Origin: Candidatus Poribacteria bacterium
Lineage (GTDB): Bacteria; Poribacteria; WGA-4E; WGA-3G
Length of the DNA stretch: 64,000 bases
Assembly (NCBI GenBank): GCA_964291315.2
Contig: OZ219753.1
Coordinates: 1,760,001-1,824,000, forward strand
Reading direction: 5' to 3'
Shown here: one piece after another, positions 60,699 through 64,000 of the stretch
How the letters are laid out: every line of letters begins with the position of its first letter
How positions within the stretch are numbered: position 1 is the first letter of the stretch
Notes under the pieces: model-generated
Databases searched by the model: none
What the model was told of the DNA's origin: nothing
What the model saw: only the letters and a program-made list of their open reading frames with translations
Translations under genes and position numbers: made by a program

Positions 60699-62798
60699 AT
60701 GAAGTTAATCAGCGCAAAATTTCAAAACTTTCGCCTGCTACGAGATCTAGAGTTGGAGTTCTCGACAAGTGACGACAAAAAACTAACTGTAATTCGAGCG
60801 TCGAATGAAAGCGGAAAAACGACTATCTTAAACGGGCTTCAGTGGGCCCTCTACGGTGATGACGTGTTACCGAATAGAGGTAGAGGATACCGAATGTTCC
60901 CAATCGATTGGAAGAGCTCCGACGGAGGGGCAATCCCGATATCTGTGCAAGTTGATTTCGAGAAAACAACCTCTCGATATCGTCTTATCCGATCGGTGGA
61001 GGAGACAACAGACGGACACAGACAAAATTCGAAGGTAGAATTGTTTGAATTAGCAGAAACCGGGGCTAACCGCATTAATCCACCAGAAGCACAGATCGCT
61101 CGACTGTTGTTACCTCTGAATTTGCGCGAGGTGTTTTTCACCGACGGAGACCGAGCTCTGAATTTCATTGAAGCAGACTCTCAAACAGATAAACGTGGGC
61201 GGATCCAAGGAGCCATTCAATCTCTGTTAGGACTTGATGTGATTGATACTACCTTCAAACATTTAAAAAGGACAATTTCTGGGCTCAATAAAGACTCGAG
61301 GAATATCGGACCTGATACAGATCTCAGCCAAATTGTTACAGAATTGGAGGAGATAAATAAAAATATCGAACACCTTGAAGATAAAGTAGACGATGCGAAA
61401 CAGCAATTCGAGGCAATAGGACACAGTTTGGCAGATATCGATAGGGACATTGAAGCCGCACTGGTTAAGGGAGACCAAGAGGATCTTAATCGTAGGCTGA
61501 AAAGAACTGAAACAGAACTGGATGATCTCGAAAACCAAGAAAAAGAATTGGAAACCGAACACTCACAGCTGTTCAGAAAACCGCTCTTATTCCGAGAGCT
61601 GCTCACACCGGTTTTAGAACAAAGTTTCAAGAAATTGGATGAACTGCGCGATCAAGGGAAACTTCCGAGTCCGACTATTCCCGTACTTGTAGAACGACTC
61701 GCAGGGGTTACATGTATCTGTGGCGAATCATTGGACCAACACTCAGAAAGCGGGAAACAACGTAGAGAGCATATTGAACGCCTCATTAAGGAAAGTGAGA
61801 AGGCAGATGACCTCCAAAAATGCCTTACCGATCTCGATTACGGTTCATTGGAACTGAAACCAATAAAGAACGCCCATAACGACTCCTGGATCGATGAATA
61901 CAGTAAGGTGTCAACGCTTCATCATGAACTTGAAACGAAACGCGAGGAATTAGAAAAGGAACTCGCAGCACTTGAAGTTCAACTGGAAGGCATAGGAAAT
62001 ACCGATATTCAAAAACTTCGCACTACCAAACAGGAACACACTATCCAACGCGAAAGTCTGAACAACACCCGTATAGAGCGTGAAAGAGAACTCGAACGCC
62101 TAAAGGAACGGAGCAGATCCTTGACAGCAACACGTAATAACCTTCTAGCTCAGCAAAGAAAAGGGGCGCTGATACTAGCAAGATTAGATGCGACGCGCGA
62201 CATACAGCAGATCCTCGAAAACGCCTACAACCACATCGTAAACGAAGAATTGCAAAAAGTGAGTCAGCTGATGAACACCCTCTTCCTCGAAATGATTGGC
62301 GCGGATGCCGAACAAGGAGCAATCATTCAGAAAGCAGAGATTAGTGAAGATTTTGATATCCTCGTCTATGGCCCGAGTAAGCGCCCTTTGAACCCTGATA
62401 AAGATTTAAATGGTGCCTCTCGGCGCGCACTCACCACCGCATTTATTCTCGCTCTCACTAACGTAAGCGAAGTGGAGGCACCAAATGTGATTGACACACC
62501 GCTTGGAATGATGGATGGGTATGTCAAACGCTCTGTTCTCAAAACCGCCATCAAAGAAAGTTCACAGCTTATTCTCTTTCTAACGCGTTCTGAAATTAAA
62601 GACTGTGAGGATATTATAAAGAACGAGGCAGAATGTGTGACAACCATTACAAATTCCGCACATTACCCCAATATATTGGTGAACGATCCACATATAAACG
62701 AACCTCAGGCGTTCCGATGTGAGTGCCAGGATCTCGGCGAATGCAAAATGTGTAAGAGGCGAACCGATGTTGAGGTAGAAATCCAAACGGAAACTTAG
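60699..62798 (+). CDS. SMC/Rad50-like coiled-coil ABC ATPase (DndD-related, PbeC-like)
   Basis: NFR, ASNESGKTT Walker A, FFTDGD, coiled coils around CICG hook, LNGASRR signature, VIDTPLG Walker B, C-terminal CxCx5CxxC. Confidence 0.85.
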   Translation: MKLISAKFQNFRLLRDLELEFSTSDDKKLTVIRASNESGKTTILNGLQWALYGDDVLPNRGRGYRMFPIDWKSSDGGAIPISVQVDFEKTTSRYRLIRSVEETTDGHRQNSKVELFELAETGANRINPPEAQIARLLLPLNLREVFFTDGDRALNFIEADSQTDKRGRIQGAIQSLLGLDVIDTTFKHLKRTISGLNKDSRNIGPDTDLSQIVTELEEINKNIEHLEDKVDDAKQQFEAIGHSLADIDRDIEAALVKGDQEDLNRRLKRTETELDDLENQEKELETEHSQLFRKPLLFRELLTPVLEQSFKKLDELRDQGKLPSPTIPVLVERLAGVTCICGESLDQHSESGKQRREHIERLIKESEKADDLQKCLTDLDYGSLELKPIKNAHNDSWIDEYSKVSTLHHELETKREELEKELAALEVQLEGIGNTDIQKLRTTKQEHTIQRESLNNTRIERERELERLKERSRSLTATRNNLLAQQRKGALILARLDATRDIQQILENAYNHIVNEELQKVSQLMNTLFLEMIGADAEQGAIIQKAEISEDFDILVYGPSKRPLNPDKDLNGASRRALTTAFILALTNVSEVEAPNVIDTPLGMMDGYVKRSVLKTAIKESSQLILFLTRSEIKDCEDIIKNEAECVTTITNSAHYPNILVNDPHINEPQAFRCECQDLGECKMCKRRTDVEVEIQTET

Positions 62799-62807
62799 GA
62801 GATTGAT

Positions 62808-63311
62808 ATGGCACAACAATACAACAACCCTTTTTTAAATATGAGTGTTGTTTCACTTGCTACACAGCGACACCACTACGACCGTTACTGCCAAGCAGGA
62901 CAGAAACATATAGTGGATATGAGTCCATTTCCCAGGAAGGTAGACTTCTGGTTTGCAGCACTAGCATTGGCAGCACGTAAGAATCTCAAACCTATCGATT
63001 TAACGAAAGAGAAAACTGTTAACATTATTAGTGGCGATATTTTTAACACCGACGGCTGGCAGGCACAAGCCATAATGTTAATTGCAACAGCCGTCAAAGG
63101 GGATTTAAAGATCGTTCTCGAGCCAAGCCAAATGATGAAGATTGCTAACGGACTCGCAGCCGCAGGCGTTCCACACATTGTGAAAATGCTAGATGCAGGA
63201 CCCTCAAAACCGAGATGGAACCTCTCCGATGAACTCGCAGAACTGCTGCAATCTGATGCTGTTACCGAGGTAAAATCGGATCATCAACGACTCGCGGAAG
63301 CCCTGCGATGA
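62808..63311 (+). CDS. small protein, PbeD/DndE-like by position
   Basis: 167 aa, AGGAG RBS, SPFPRKVDFWF and ANGLAAAG motifs. Confidence 0.6.
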   Translation: MAQQYNNPFLNMSVVSLATQRHHYDRYCQAGQKHIVDMSPFPRKVDFWFAALALAARKNLKPIDLTKEKTVNIISGDIFNTDGWQAQAIMLIATAVKGDLKIVLEPSQMMKIANGLAAAGVPHIVKMLDAGPSKPRWNLSDELAELLQSDAVTEVKSDHQRLAEALR

Positions 63312-63499
63312 TTCTATAACCGCACCGAAAATACCCAAAATATGGGATAATTGAGGGTTTTCGGCTCGGTAATGATATAACGCCCTCTTTGTGATGATAA
63401 CTGAGGCCGCTAGTGCCTCGGGAGTTTCCAACTTCGCGAAATCATTATTAAACAGAAAACTCTCCTTTTTTGATGCTCGGCACGAAACTCTGAATCAAC

Positions 63500-64000
63500 A
63501 TGAACACAAAGCAACTTTTCGACCAACTTTATCGATCTAAAACCGAAGACGATGTCGATCGAGTCATCAACGCACATCCGGACATTTTCGAAGCCGATAA
63601 AAACTGGCATCCCCTCGGGGGCAACGAAAACAACTTCGGTGTCATCGAAAATCAACAATCAACACCGATTGCAGCTTTGATTGAAAAGATCACAAACGCT
63701 ATTGATGCCGTTTTAATGAAAAAATGTCTGGAAGCAGGCATCGATCCCAAATCCAAGCAAGCTCCCAGCTCAATGGAAGAAGCCAAAGTCAAATTTTTTG
63801 CAAATCACAGAGATTGGGATCTCCCACGAACCCGAAAACAACAAGCAGAAAATATCCAAATTATCGCTGACGGCCCAAGGCTGAAACCTTCTTTGATTAT
63901 TTATGACGACGGTGAAGGGCAACACCCAGAAGAATTTGAGAAAACGTTCTTGTCATTATTGGGCGGCAATAAGACAGAGATCCACTTTGTCCAAGGCAAA
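63500..64000 (+). CDS. GHKL (HATPase_c-like) ATPase protein, N-terminal part (runs off window end)
   Basis: Not in ORF track. Manual translation gives MNTKQLFDQL...NWHPLGGNENNFGVIENQQ...LIEKITNAIDA (N-box)...IYDDGEGQ (G1 box)...FVQGK. Confidence 0.75.
   Translation, partial: MNTKQLFDQLYRSKTEDDVDRVINAHPDIFEADKNWHPLGGNENNFGVIENQQSTPIAALIEKITNAIDAVLMKKCLEAGIDPKSKQAPSSMEEAKVKFFANHRDWDLPRTRKQQAENIQIIADGPRLKPSLIIYDDGEGQHPEEFEKTFLSLLGGNKTEIHFVQGK

Overview
Bacterial chromosomal window, gene-dense, about 50 CDS, with no rRNA, tRNA or CRISPR array recognised. The gene content suggests a Candidatus Poribacteria-like sponge symbiont (inference): several PhyH/2OG-Fe(II) dioxygenases, Gfo/Idh/MocA oxidoreductases, a sulfotransferase, an internalin-like LRR protein with a YPNPFNPETWIPY C-terminal domain, a LamG protein with a KLAxTWGxLK tail, and dockerin-like repeats. 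Positions 1-51.3 kb are mostly housekeeping and metabolic genes (aspartate kinase, thrC, hemW, truA, murA, hisD, ruvC, uppP, ispG, hisC, mutY) interspersed with GTAG-type REP-like palindromes. From 51.6 kb to the end is a co-oriented defence island. It carries an SBD-HNH phosphorothioate-reader nuclease, then DUF4007 + P-loop ATPase + PAPS-reductase genes (SspBCD-like PT writer). These are followed not by SspE/SspFGH but by PLD-SF2 helicase + small protein + DndD/SMC-like ATPase + small protein (PbeABCD-like), and a truncated GHKL ATPase. Other highlights: a secreted dockerin-Ig-thioredoxin split by an in-frame UGA in a U-x-x-C motif with a SECIS-like hairpin (probable selenoprotein); an Rpn-family nuclease with an internal RBS/ATG (probable gene-in-gene antitoxin); a mosaic 13x66-bp LRR array with a CAA>TAA stop; and an orphan DUF1156 methyltransferase with a duplicated 3' end. 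All calls are from manual motif recognition; no database searches were run.
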